Source of the DNA: Treponemataceae bacterium
GTDB taxonomy: Bacteria; Spirochaetota; Spirochaetia; Treponematales; Rectinemataceae
Length of the DNA: 64,000 nt
Direction of reading: 5' to 3'
NCBI GenBank assembly: GCA_963678065.2
Contig: CAXXVZ010000003.1
Span: forward strand, 480,001-544,000
Shown: piece after piece, positions 1 through 12,668 of the stretch
How the letters are laid out: each line of letters starts with the position of its first letter
How positions within the stretch are numbered: the first letter of the stretch is position 1
The notes under the pieces: generated by a model
The model's database searches: none
The model's input: the letters and a program-made list of their open reading frames with translations, nothing else
Told to the model about the DNA's origin: nothing
Made by a program: the position numbers and the translations under genes

Positions 1-489
1 CAGGGGACCGTCCTCTCCGCCCGGCAACTGCCCAAGGCCCAGATTCCCGGAAAGTATTTCGGCATAGCCCGATGCTTCCGATACGACAGGGTCGACGCCA
101 CACATCTCTCGGATTTCTACCAGACGGAAGGTATCGTTCTCGGAGAGGAAGTCAATCTCCGAACCCTTCTCGGTTTCCTCAGGATGTTCGCCGTCGAGGT
201 AGCGGGCGCTAAGGAAGTCAAATACGTTCCCGGATACTTCCCGTTTACGGAGCCCTCCGTCGAGGTGCACATCAAGCACCCTGTTCTCGGCTGGTTCGAA
301 CTGGGCGGAGCAGGCATCTTCCGGCCGGAGGTCACCGAGCCCCTTGGCGTCACGGTGCCGGTCCTGGCCTGGGGAATCGGTATCGACCGCATGGCTCTGA
401 TGGCCCTCGGTCTCAATGATCTTCGAGAGCTGTTCAGCCCTGATCTCGAAAACGTACGCATGCGCCGGTCCCTGGCTGCACTGAAATAG
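1..489 (+). CDS. pheS: Phenylalanine-tRNA ligase alpha subunit (5'-truncated by window edge)
   Basis: Open frame from base 1: [21 protein letters not shown] (motif 2), [17 protein letters not shown] (motif 3). Confidence 0.97.
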   Translation, partial: QGTVLSARQLPKAQIPGKYFGIARCFRYDRVDATHLSDFYQTEGIVLGEEVNLRTLLGFLRMFAVEVAGAKEVKYVPGYFPFTEPSVEVHIKHPVLGWFELGGAGIFRPEVTEPLGVTVPVLAWGIGIDRMALMALGLNDLRELFSPDLENVRMRRSLAALK

Positions 490-500
490 GGAGAAGTCCA

Positions 501-2207
501 ATGCCCAAGATAGAAGTCAATGAAAAACAGTTCTTCGAACTCCTCGGGGAACGCTACGATGCACGGCAGCTCGACACACTTCTGCCGACCGCGAAAGCCG
601 AACTGGATGAGTGGAAACCCGAAGAGGGAGATGCCGAGACAAGAACCATCAAGATCGAGCTGAACGACACGAATAGACCCGATCTCTGGACCACTGCGGG
701 ACTCGCGAGGCAGCTTCGCGTGAAGCGGACCGGGCAGAGGCCTGTCTATGGATTTTTCTCCGACAAGCACAATGTAAGGCAGACCACAAAAAAAGTGATC
801 GTCGAGGAATCTGTCCGTACCCCTCGTCCATGGCTCGCCGGCTTCGTCGCGAGCGGAATCGATGTGACCGACGCTTCTCTCAAGGACATGATACAGACCC
901 AGGAGAAACTCGCCTGGAATTTCGGACGGAAGCGGAGAACCGTATCGATAGGTCTGTACCGGACCTCGATAATCCAGTGGCCGATCATATACAAAGGCGT
1001 CGATCCCGATTCCGTCTCCTTTGTGCCCCTGCAAGAGACCCGCAGCATGTCGATGCGCCGTATCCTCTCCGAGCATCCAAAGGGAAGAGAGTACGCCTTC
1101 ATCCTCCAGAGCATGCCGATTCATCCGATATTGACCGATTCCCGTGGCGCCGTCCTCTCCTATCCGCCGATCATCAATTCTGCCGACCTCGGCGCGGTGC
1201 AGGTCGGGGACAGGGAGCTCTTCATCGAAGTGACCGGGACTGACATGCACTCCGTCTGTCTCGCGGCCTCCATCATGGCCTGCGATCTCGCAGACATCGG
1301 CTTCGCCATCGAGCCTGTGCAAGTCGACTATGCCTACGACACGCCCTTCGGCCGCTCGCCCGTCTTCCCCTGGTACTTTCAGGAGCCTGTCGCGGTAAAG
1401 GCGGACAGGGTGGCCAGGCTCCTGGGCGTGACAATGTCGGCGGAAGAAGTTGCAGGAGCCGTGGGCAAGATGGGATGCAGGTACAGCGTCCGCGACGACG
1501 AAGTGACCGTCTATCCTGCCGAGTATCGCAACGACTTTCTCCACCCTGTCGATATCGTCGAAGACGTCATGATCGGCATGGACATGGAGAGCTTTGAACC
1601 GGAGCGTCCGAGGGATTTCACGATCGGAAGGCTTTCACCGATCGAAGTCTTCTCGCGGAAAGCCAAAAGAACCATGGTCGGTCTCGGTTTTCAGGAGATG
1701 ATCTACAACTATCTCGGGAGTCGCAAGGATTTTGCCGACAAGATGGGACTCGATCCGGACGCGATAGTCCGCATCAGCAACCCTATGACGGAAAACGTCG
1801 AGTTCCTGCGAAACTCTCCGCTTCCCGGACTGCTCGGAACAGAGTCCATCTCAAGCACGGCCGCCTATCCCCACAAGACCTGCGAAGTCGGCAAGGTCGC
1901 GGTGAAGGATGAATCCGAAAACTATGGCATATCGACGCGGCAGACTCTGGGTTTCATGATCAGCCACCAGACGGCGAATTTCAACGAAGCCTCAGGCAAT
2001 GTCGCCACCCTGTTCTACTATCTCGGCCGTGAGTACAGGATCGTCGAATCCGAGGACAGTCGATTCATACCCGGAAGACAGGCAAACATTGTCTGTGGAG
2101 AAAAGACAGTCGGCGTATTCGGCGAGATTCATCCCCGCGTGCTCGAAGCCTGGGGCATCGTCATGCCCTGCGTCGGCGGCGAAATCAATCTGGACGCCAT
2201 TCTTTAG
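501..2207 (+). CDS. pheT: Phenylalanine-tRNA ligase beta subunit, short archaeal/eukaryote type (568 aa)
   Basis: NRPDL, YRNDFLHPVDIVEDV, FGEIHP motifs; SD GGGAG; follows pheS. Confidence 0.96.
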   Translation: MPKIEVNEKQFFELLGERYDARQLDTLLPTAKAELDEWKPEEGDAETRTIKIELNDTNRPDLWTTAGLARQLRVKRTGQRPVYGFFSDKHNVRQTTKKVIVEESVRTPRPWLAGFVASGIDVTDASLKDMIQTQEKLAWNFGRKRRTVSIGLYRTSIIQWPIIYKGVDPDSVSFVPLQETRSMSMRRILSEHPKGREYAFILQSMPIHPILTDSRGAVLSYPPIINSADLGAVQVGDRELFIEVTGTDMHSVCLAASIMACDLADIGFAIEPVQVDYAYDTPFGRSPVFPWYFQEPVAVKADRVARLLGVTMSAEEVAGAVGKMGCRYSVRDDEVTVYPAEYRNDFLHPVDIVEDVMIGMDMESFEPERPRDFTIGRLSPIEVFSRKAKRTMVGLGFQEMIYNYLGSRKDFADKMGLDPDAIVRISNPMTENVEFLRNSPLPGLLGTESISSTAAYPHKTCEVGKVAVKDESENYGISTRQTLGFMISHQTANFNEASGNVATLFYYLGREYRIVESEDSRFIPGRQANIVCGEKTVGVFGEIHPRVLEAWGIVMPCVGGEINLDAIL

Positions 2208-2243
2208 CTCTCTTCGGAGAGAAGGCCGGCGATACCTGAAGCG

Positions 2244-2271
2244 CCTCTGACTCCCTTTCTGGAGTCAGAGG
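2244..2271. terminator. 11-bp perfect stem-loop between convergent pheT and speE-like gene
   Basis: CCTCTGACTCC-ctttct-GGAGTCAGAGG; no strong U tract. Confidence 0.5.
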
Positions 2272-2343
2272 TTCCCGTGCATGGAGAGGGCCCGCGGACG
2301 TTTAACGCTCGAGGGCCTTCTCTGTATCTGTACCGGGGCAGAC

Positions 2344-3183
2344 TCAGATTCCGTCAGTTATCCTTCTGATGTATTCGGGAAGCGCAAATGCGGCCCGCAT
2401 GATGTCAGGATTGAAGTACAAAGTCGGAATGGACGCAAAGCGGCTTGTCGAACCTGGTTCGGCGCTTGCCGGATCGAAAGTCTTCGTCGCAAACGCAAAG
2501 AGGCGGTGCGAAAAACAAGGAAGAATTCCCGGACTGTCGTAGAGTCTGAAAACGGGAAAGAGACGCTTCAGCTTGGCTATCGCCGAGGCCAGCTCGCGCC
2601 TGCCCTGCAGGAATGCGTGACTGCCGCAATCCGCGATGATGGCTCCGTCGCTTGTGAGCAACCTGAAACAGTCGCAGAAGAAGGATTGCGGATAGAGCTG
2701 TGAAGAAGAGGCTCCGGGAATGTCGACGATGATGAGGTCGAAACGTTCACGGCTGTCACGCACAAAGTCGGTCCCATCCTTGGCCACAAGTTTGACCCTC
2801 GGATTGGTGAAGGCTTCTGTCTGTTTGGGGAACCAACGTTTGACGGCTTCGAGCACGGCGATGTCGGCTCCGACCACAGTGATTTTTTCCAGCGCCGGAT
2901 GTCGGAGGAGCATGCACAAGGTCCCTCCATCCGATCCACCGACGAGCAGGACCGAGCGGACCGAGGGAGAGCAGGCGAGAGGAAGATGGGCCATCATCTC
3001 ATGATATGGATCCTCTTCGCTGTCCGAAACGAGGACTATGCCTCCTGAAACGAGAATCCTTCCGAAATCCTCAGTCTCCATCACTGTCACCTGACTGTCA
3101 TCACTTTCCGATTGAAGCGTCCTCGTTATTTTTATACCCTGGGACGACCCAGGGCTTTCTTCGTGCAGAGTCCACACTGTCAT
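2344..3183 (-). CDS. speE: Spermidine synthase-like aminopropyltransferase (divergent active site)
   Basis: YHEMMAH, VLLVGGSDGG, DG..FV...RFDLIIVD motifs; SD GAGGAG before ATG 3183. Confidence 0.8.
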   Translation of the reverse strand: MTVWTLHEESPGSSQGIKITRTLQSESDDSQVTVMETEDFGRILVSGGIVLVSDSEEDPYHEMMAHLPLACSPSVRSVLLVGGSDGGTLCMLLRHPALEKITVVGADIAVLEAVKRWFPKQTEAFTNPRVKLVAKDGTDFVRDSRERFDLIIVDIPGASSSQLYPQSFFCDCFRLLTSDGAIIADCGSHAFLQGRRELASAIAKLKRLFPVFRLYDSPGILPCFSHRLFAFATKTFDPASAEPGSTSRFASIPTLYFNPDIMRAAFALPEYIRRITDGI

Positions 3184-3202
3184 GGAGATACTCCTCGCAT
3201 TG

Positions 3203-3231
3203 TGTATAGAAAGGAGGGCCCCCATTGTCAA
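3203..3231 (-). promoter_or_regulatory. Putative sigma70 promoter of speE-like gene
   Basis: TTGACA-17 bp-TATACA on minus strand. Confidence 0.55.
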
Positions 3232-3333
3232 GGAGAGCGTGAGCTCTCTTTCGCTGTCATGTTTCGGCTTACTCTTTTTTTGCTCTTCAATCGGACACTG
3301 TCTTTTCGCGCGATGATTCCATGGGAGGACCTC

Positions 3334-4857
3334 ATGGAGATATTTGCGCACGAGCCTGCAGGATTCGAAGGTTGCCTTGTGGCCGTGGAAGTCGACATAC
3401 GGAGGGGGATTCCTGGAATCGATCTGGTGGGCCTCGCGGCCGGGGCTGTGCGAGAAGCGCGGGAGCGGGTGAGAGTTTCGGTCAACAATTCCGGATTCCG
3501 TTTTCCTCAGGACAGGGTGCTCATCAATCTGGCTCCATCCGATCTGCCTAAAGCGGGTTCTTCCTACGATCTGCCCATCGCACTTGCGATTCTTGTGAAG
3601 GCAGGCTTGCTGCCCGAATCAGGAAGGCCGGTTCTAGCTCTCGGAGAGCTGACTCTGGAAGGCCAGGTCCGGCCTGTCAGGGCGGTGCTTCCGGCCGTCG
3701 TCGCCGGCCTCGCGGCCGGAATACGCGATTTTGTCGTTCCTGAAGCCAATCTCGAAGAGGCACAGGCCCCGGGGAAGGGCTCTGTCCATGCACTCTCCCG
3801 ACTGGACAGAGCGGTCACGATCTTCGAGGCTATCAGAACAGGTAGGCCAAAGGCGGTGACAGCCCCGCGCAGGCGCGGATGTGTAAACGGCGAGGCGGAT
3901 TTCGACGAAATGCGCGGGCATGTAGCCATGAAGCGCTCCTTGCAGGTTGCCGCAGCCGGCAGGCACAATATCCTGCTTTTCGGTCCGCCGGGTTCAGGCA
4001 AGACCATGGCCGCCGCGCGCTTTGCCGGAATACTGCCCGATCTTGCGGAGCAGGAAGCCATGGAAGCTGCATCGCTTCGCTCCCTTGCCGGTGATTTTCC
4101 ACGTGAATCCTTCATCACGGGCCGTCCCCCCTTCAGGTCCCCTCACCACACGGCAACACTGGAGGGTATGACGGGTGGCGGAAGAGTCCTGAAACCCGGA
4201 GAAATCAGCCTGGCACACCGGGGAGTCCTCTTTCTCGACGAAGCCCCCGAGTTCCATAGGGATGTGCTCCAGGCACTGCGCGAGCCGATAGAAGAGGGCT
4301 TTGTTTCTGTCACGAGAGCAGGGCATTCGGCACGGTATCCTGCCAGATTTCAGCTTATTCTGGCGGCCAACCCCTGCCTCTGCGGGAATCTCGGAAGACA
4401 GGGCAAGGTCTGTGTATGTTCATCCACCGATCTGCGCCAGTACTGGAAAAAGCTTGGCGGTCCGCTTCTCGATAGGATAGATATTCGCGTTCCCGTAGAG
4501 CCCATCGACCCAGCTGAGCTGTTATCTTCAGAGAGTTGCACGAGCGCGGTGATGAGGGAAAACGTCACCAGGGCGATTCGGGTCCAGGAACAGCGGTATG
4601 CAGATATGCCTTTTAAACGGAATTCCGACATGTCTGCACGATGTGTGAGCCAGTACTGTCCGGTGGACGATCATCTTGTCCGGGACTTCCGTGTCGTCAT
4701 AAACAAACTTGGTCTCTCGTCGAGGGCCGTCCACTCGATCCTCAAAGTGGCACGAACGATATCCGACATCGATGGCTGTGCGGACATAACTCAGGATTCG
4801 CTTTTTGAAGCGGTGCAGTACCGGCGGTACGGAGAAGCGGATTGCTTCTGGCCATGA
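3334..4857 (+). CDS. comM: ComM/YifB family AAA+ ATPase (Mg-chelatase-like)
   Basis: INLAPSDLPKAGSSYDLPIA, Walker A GPPGSGKT, GEISLAHRGVLFLDE, NPCLCG..CVC; SD GGAGG. Confidence 0.93.
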   Translation: MEIFAHEPAGFEGCLVAVEVDIRRGIPGIDLVGLAAGAVREARERVRVSVNNSGFRFPQDRVLINLAPSDLPKAGSSYDLPIALAILVKAGLLPESGRPVLALGELTLEGQVRPVRAVLPAVVAGLAAGIRDFVVPEANLEEAQAPGKGSVHALSRLDRAVTIFEAIRTGRPKAVTAPRRRGCVNGEADFDEMRGHVAMKRSLQVAAAGRHNILLFGPPGSGKTMAAARFAGILPDLAEQEAMEAASLRSLAGDFPRESFITGRPPFRSPHHTATLEGMTGGGRVLKPGEISLAHRGVLFLDEAPEFHRDVLQALREPIEEGFVSVTRAGHSARYPARFQLILAANPCLCGNLGRQGKVCVCSSTDLRQYWKKLGGPLLDRIDIRVPVEPIDPAELLSSESCTSAVMRENVTRAIRVQEQRYADMPFKRNSDMSARCVSQYCPVDDHLVRDFRVVINKLGLSSRAVHSILKVARTISDIDGCADITQDSLFEAVQYRRYGEADCFWP

Positions 4858-4924
4858 AACTTATTCCAGCGGCTTCGGGCCTCAAAACTGCGCGTGCCCC
4901 ATAAATAAAACACGACAAGAACTG

Positions 4925-5183
4925 TTGACATATCTGCAGGTTTTTCGCTAAGGTTCGTCCCGCCTGACAGAGCACTTCCGGGTGCGCAAGCAGGCAGGGA
5001 AAACGTAAAAAACCTTGCAGAAGCTATTGACAGGAGCCCGGTGGATTTGATAGTTTCATTGGGCACCATAAAACAGTGCTGTGTGACTGATGAGTTCAGT
5101 CAGCGGCTCTGGTGTCCGAGTCATTCTGAGAAAGGCAGGAAGGAAAGATCTGCTTGACAGGGTGAGAGGTGTGGTGGTAAAAA
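4925..5183 (+). promoter_or_regulatory. Tandem rRNA operon promoters (P1, P2, possible P3)
   Basis: TTGACA(4925)-18-TAAGGT; TTGACA(5027)-18-TAGTTT; TTGACA(5154)-18-TAAAAA. Confidence 0.7.
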
Positions 5184-5226
5184 GCTGAGCCGCATGGCAC
5201 GGAAGCTGCTGATGTGGTTGAGAAAG

Positions 5227-5237
5227 GGTCATTAACA
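5227..5237 (+). promoter_or_regulatory. boxA-like antitermination element in rrn leader
   Basis: GGTCATTAACA resembles boxA; similar TGTTCATTGAAA at 7234-7245 in the ITS. Confidence 0.45.
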
Positions 5238-5437
5238 GGAACAAGGGAAGGGATAGAGTAAGGGAGAGGACCGAAAGGTTCGAAGCCAAACAGGGCAGTG
5301 AGGAGTCGGATGAGAGTTCGGCGAGGCACGGTCATGAGAGGCGAGAGGAAAGCGAATGCCGGTGTTTCCGAGAGGGAATACGGAACAAGAAGATTTGATT
5401 CTTTATGATATCGAATGGGCTTCGGCCCGTTTGAATA

Positions 5438-6982
<1,545 letters not shown>

Positions 6983-7115
6983 GCGAGAAAGAGTGGACAG
7001 TCTTTGAAGTACGCTTTCACGAATGCGTGCATTCGTGAAAGCGGAAGCCGAAGGCTGACGCACTGGATCGAAGGCAGTACTAACCCTCCTTACTTTATCC
7101 CTTCTTTTTTTATAT

Positions 7116-7189
7116 GGGCCAGTAGCTCAGTCGGTTAGAGCACTTCTCTGATAAGGAAGGGGTCAATAGTTCAACTCTATTCTGGCCCA
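7116..7189 (+). tRNA. tRNA-Ile(GAT) in 16S-23S spacer
   Basis: Cloverleaf GGGCCAG/CTGGCCC, anticodon arm CTTCT-CT GAT AA-GGAAG; CCA not encoded. Confidence 0.96.
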
Positions 7190-7472
7190 TAGTAAAGACA
7201 AGTGTAAGCGGAGAGCCGAAACATGAGTCTGAGTGTTCATTGAAAGGAACCAGGGAAGGGAAGCAGACCGATGGATCAGTCAGGGATGACAGGATTCATC
7301 GGGGAAAGGCAAAACAAAAGGGCTGGGAGACCGTATGCGAGCGCGTATGGTTGACCGGCAAACGTGCAATGCGAAGAGCGAAGACGAGCGAAGCGTCCAG
7401 GAAGGGCGCGAGCGGAGTGGGGCACAGAAGCATTGCACCCGAAGTGGGAAAGAAAAGAGCGATCAATAATAT

Positions 7473-10441
<2,969 letters not shown>

Positions 10442-10596
10442 ATATTATCGTTCGCTTTTTTCCGTAAGGACACTGGCCATCCGGTCAGGTTTTCTGTCGC
10501 CTTCTTCTGCTTCCCCCGTACCCGCGCTTCGCCTGATCGTCCTGATCGGCGCCGCCTGTACTGCCTCGCTCGATGAGGCCCCTCGTTCGTATATAT

Positions 10597-10711
<115 letters not shown>

Positions 10712-10778
10712 TTTTTTTTGTTCCCTCTCTCCTGATTCGTTCTTGTTAGCACGCATCAAAAATGTTACACTCCGCCCG

Positions 10779-11801
10779 ATGAATACGCCCGTTTTTTGCT
10801 CCTACATCAGAAGAAAGGATATGGACACTGTCCTTAATTGCCTTGTAACCGATTCGATCGGTCCGGGTGAGTATCTGGAAAAATTTATAAAAGCTGCAAA
10901 AGAAAACATGAGCTTTGAGTATGGCTTCGCCTTGCGAAGCTTGTGGTCGGCTCTTTTTGTCGCGCTCGATACGCTGGGCCTCCAAGAAGGATCGACGATC
11001 GCCATACCGGCTCTTGCCCCTTCATATTACCTGGATGTCCTGAAGACGAAAAAAATGTTGCCGGCATTCCTGGACCATGACAAAATCACCGGAATCGTAG
11101 ATTTCGACGGATTGAACGATCTTTCTCCAAAACCTTCTGCGATGATATTGTACGAAGCGCTCGGTATAATGCCTGATCCCGAGACGGTCATGAACATCGG
11201 CATTCCAGTCATTGAAGACATTTCGACTTCGTTCGGAGCTGTCCGTAATGGTATGCCTGCGGGAAGTATGGGAAAGATTGCAATACTTGGCCTCGAACAC
11301 GGCGGCCTTATAACGACAGGTGGCGGGGCGCTTGTTTTTTCCCACCACAGGCGCGAAGCCCAGGCACTGAGAAACGCTTTTGAGACTATCCCCTCAGAAA
11401 TTGTCATGACGGATTACAACGCCGCATTGGGGTTTTCGCAGTTCAGGGATCTTGAATCCTTAAAAGATAAGCGGAAAGAACTTTTTTCCCTTTTTGCGCA
11501 ATCGCTGGCGGGATCAAAGCATGCGACCTTCATACAGCCGGGTGAAGGCGACCAGGGGCATTGCGCTTTCCCTGTCTCTGTCGTCACAGGACTGAAGGAT
11601 GTGCGTCTTTACGCCAAAAAGAAAGAAATCGAAACAGAGGCCGCATTCGATACGAGCGTCGTCGCATCGTCCGATTTTCCTCATGAGAGCTGCCCGAATG
11701 CGCGATCACTCTTTATGCGCTCAGTGTTGTTTCCTCTTCATCAGAGAATCGGGGCATCCGATGCCGCAAAGATAGCACGGGTCCTTTCCAGTCTTCCCTG
11801 A
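10779..11801 (+). CDS. DegT/DnrJ/EryC1/StrS-fold protein, apparently lacking the PLP lysine
   Basis: VIEDISTSFG, LITTGGGAL, MTDYNAALG, C-terminal CPNA..LF.RSVLFPL pattern. Confidence 0.75.
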   Translation: MNTPVFCSYIRRKDMDTVLNCLVTDSIGPGEYLEKFIKAAKENMSFEYGFALRSLWSALFVALDTLGLQEGSTIAIPALAPSYYLDVLKTKKMLPAFLDHDKITGIVDFDGLNDLSPKPSAMILYEALGIMPDPETVMNIGIPVIEDISTSFGAVRNGMPAGSMGKIAILGLEHGGLITTGGGALVFSHHRREAQALRNAFETIPSEIVMTDYNAALGFSQFRDLESLKDKRKELFSLFAQSLAGSKHATFIQPGEGDQGHCAFPVSVVTGLKDVRLYAKKKEIETEAAFDTSVVASSDFPHESCPNARSLFMRSVLFPLHQRIGASDAAKIARVLSSLP

Positions 11802-11810
11802 GGAGTGTGT

Positions 11811-12668
11811 ATGCTGGAAAAAAAACCGGAAATCCTTATTGTCGCCAACCTCATGAAAGACGACGCGGCCGGTTTTGCGCGGACGATCACCGACGGCATG
11901 CGAGCATACGGATACGAGCCCAAACTTTTTGCCTTTTCGGGTGACCCGGGACAACCCCCGGTAGATGGCGAGGAAGTGCTCGCAGTGAGTCTCGGAGGCG
12001 ATGGTACGGTTTTGTATACAGCAAGAAGTGTCTCGCACCTGGGAGTTCCCATCCTTCCTGTCAATCTCGGGAATCTGGGTTTCATAGCAGGCACACACAA
12101 GGCCGATTGGAATACCGTATTTGAGTCTTGGCATGACAAAACTCTTTCGGTATCCCGCCGTTTGATGATCACAGTGGAAATAGTCCGTCACGGAAAACTT
12201 GAAAGAAGCTACACCGCCCTGAACGATGCTGTTATATCGGCTCAATGTATGGCAAAGATGATAAATCTGACAGTCTCTGTAGGGGGCTCCTACCTTGGCC
12301 AGTACCGGTCGGATGGGCTTATCGTCTCGACCCCGACCGGGTCCACGGCTTACAACCTCGCCGCGGGCGGTCCGGCCGTCCATCCTGAGATGAGTGCCAT
12401 CCTCGTCAATCCGATCTGTCCCTTCACTCTCTCCATCCGGCCTCTCATCGTGCCGGGTGAATCCACGGTAAATGTCCTTGTGGAAGAATCCCGTCGCACG
12501 GGAACGATGCTCACGATCGACGGACAGGAAATTTTCCTTCTCGAAGACGGTGACACTATACGGTGCCGGAAGGCTGAAAAAGATGCGCTGATCTACACTC
12601 CCACAAAAATGGCTTTTTACGACCTTCTCAGGTCGAAGCTGGCCTGGTCGGGAGGAACGCATGCTTGA
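11811..12668 (+). CDS. nadK: NAD+ kinase
   Basis: GGDGT, VNLGNLGF, ALND, DGLIVSTPTGSTAYNLAAGG. Confidence 0.96.
   Translation: MLEKKPEILIVANLMKDDAAGFARTITDGMRAYGYEPKLFAFSGDPGQPPVDGEEVLAVSLGGDGTVLYTARSVSHLGVPILPVNLGNLGFIAGTHKADWNTVFESWHDKTLSVSRRLMITVEIVRHGKLERSYTALNDAVISAQCMAKMINLTVSVGGSYLGQYRSDGLIVSTPTGSTAYNLAAGGPAVHPEMSAILVNPICPFTLSIRPLIVPGESTVNVLVEESRRTGTMLTIDGQEIFLLEDGDTIRCRKAEKDALIYTPTKMAFYDLLRSKLAWSGGTHA

Noticed and set aside
7190..7472. Purine-rich ITS and pyrimidine-rich 23S-5S spacer as novel ncRNA
   Set aside because: Explained by ordinary rRNA processing stems flanking 16S and 23S
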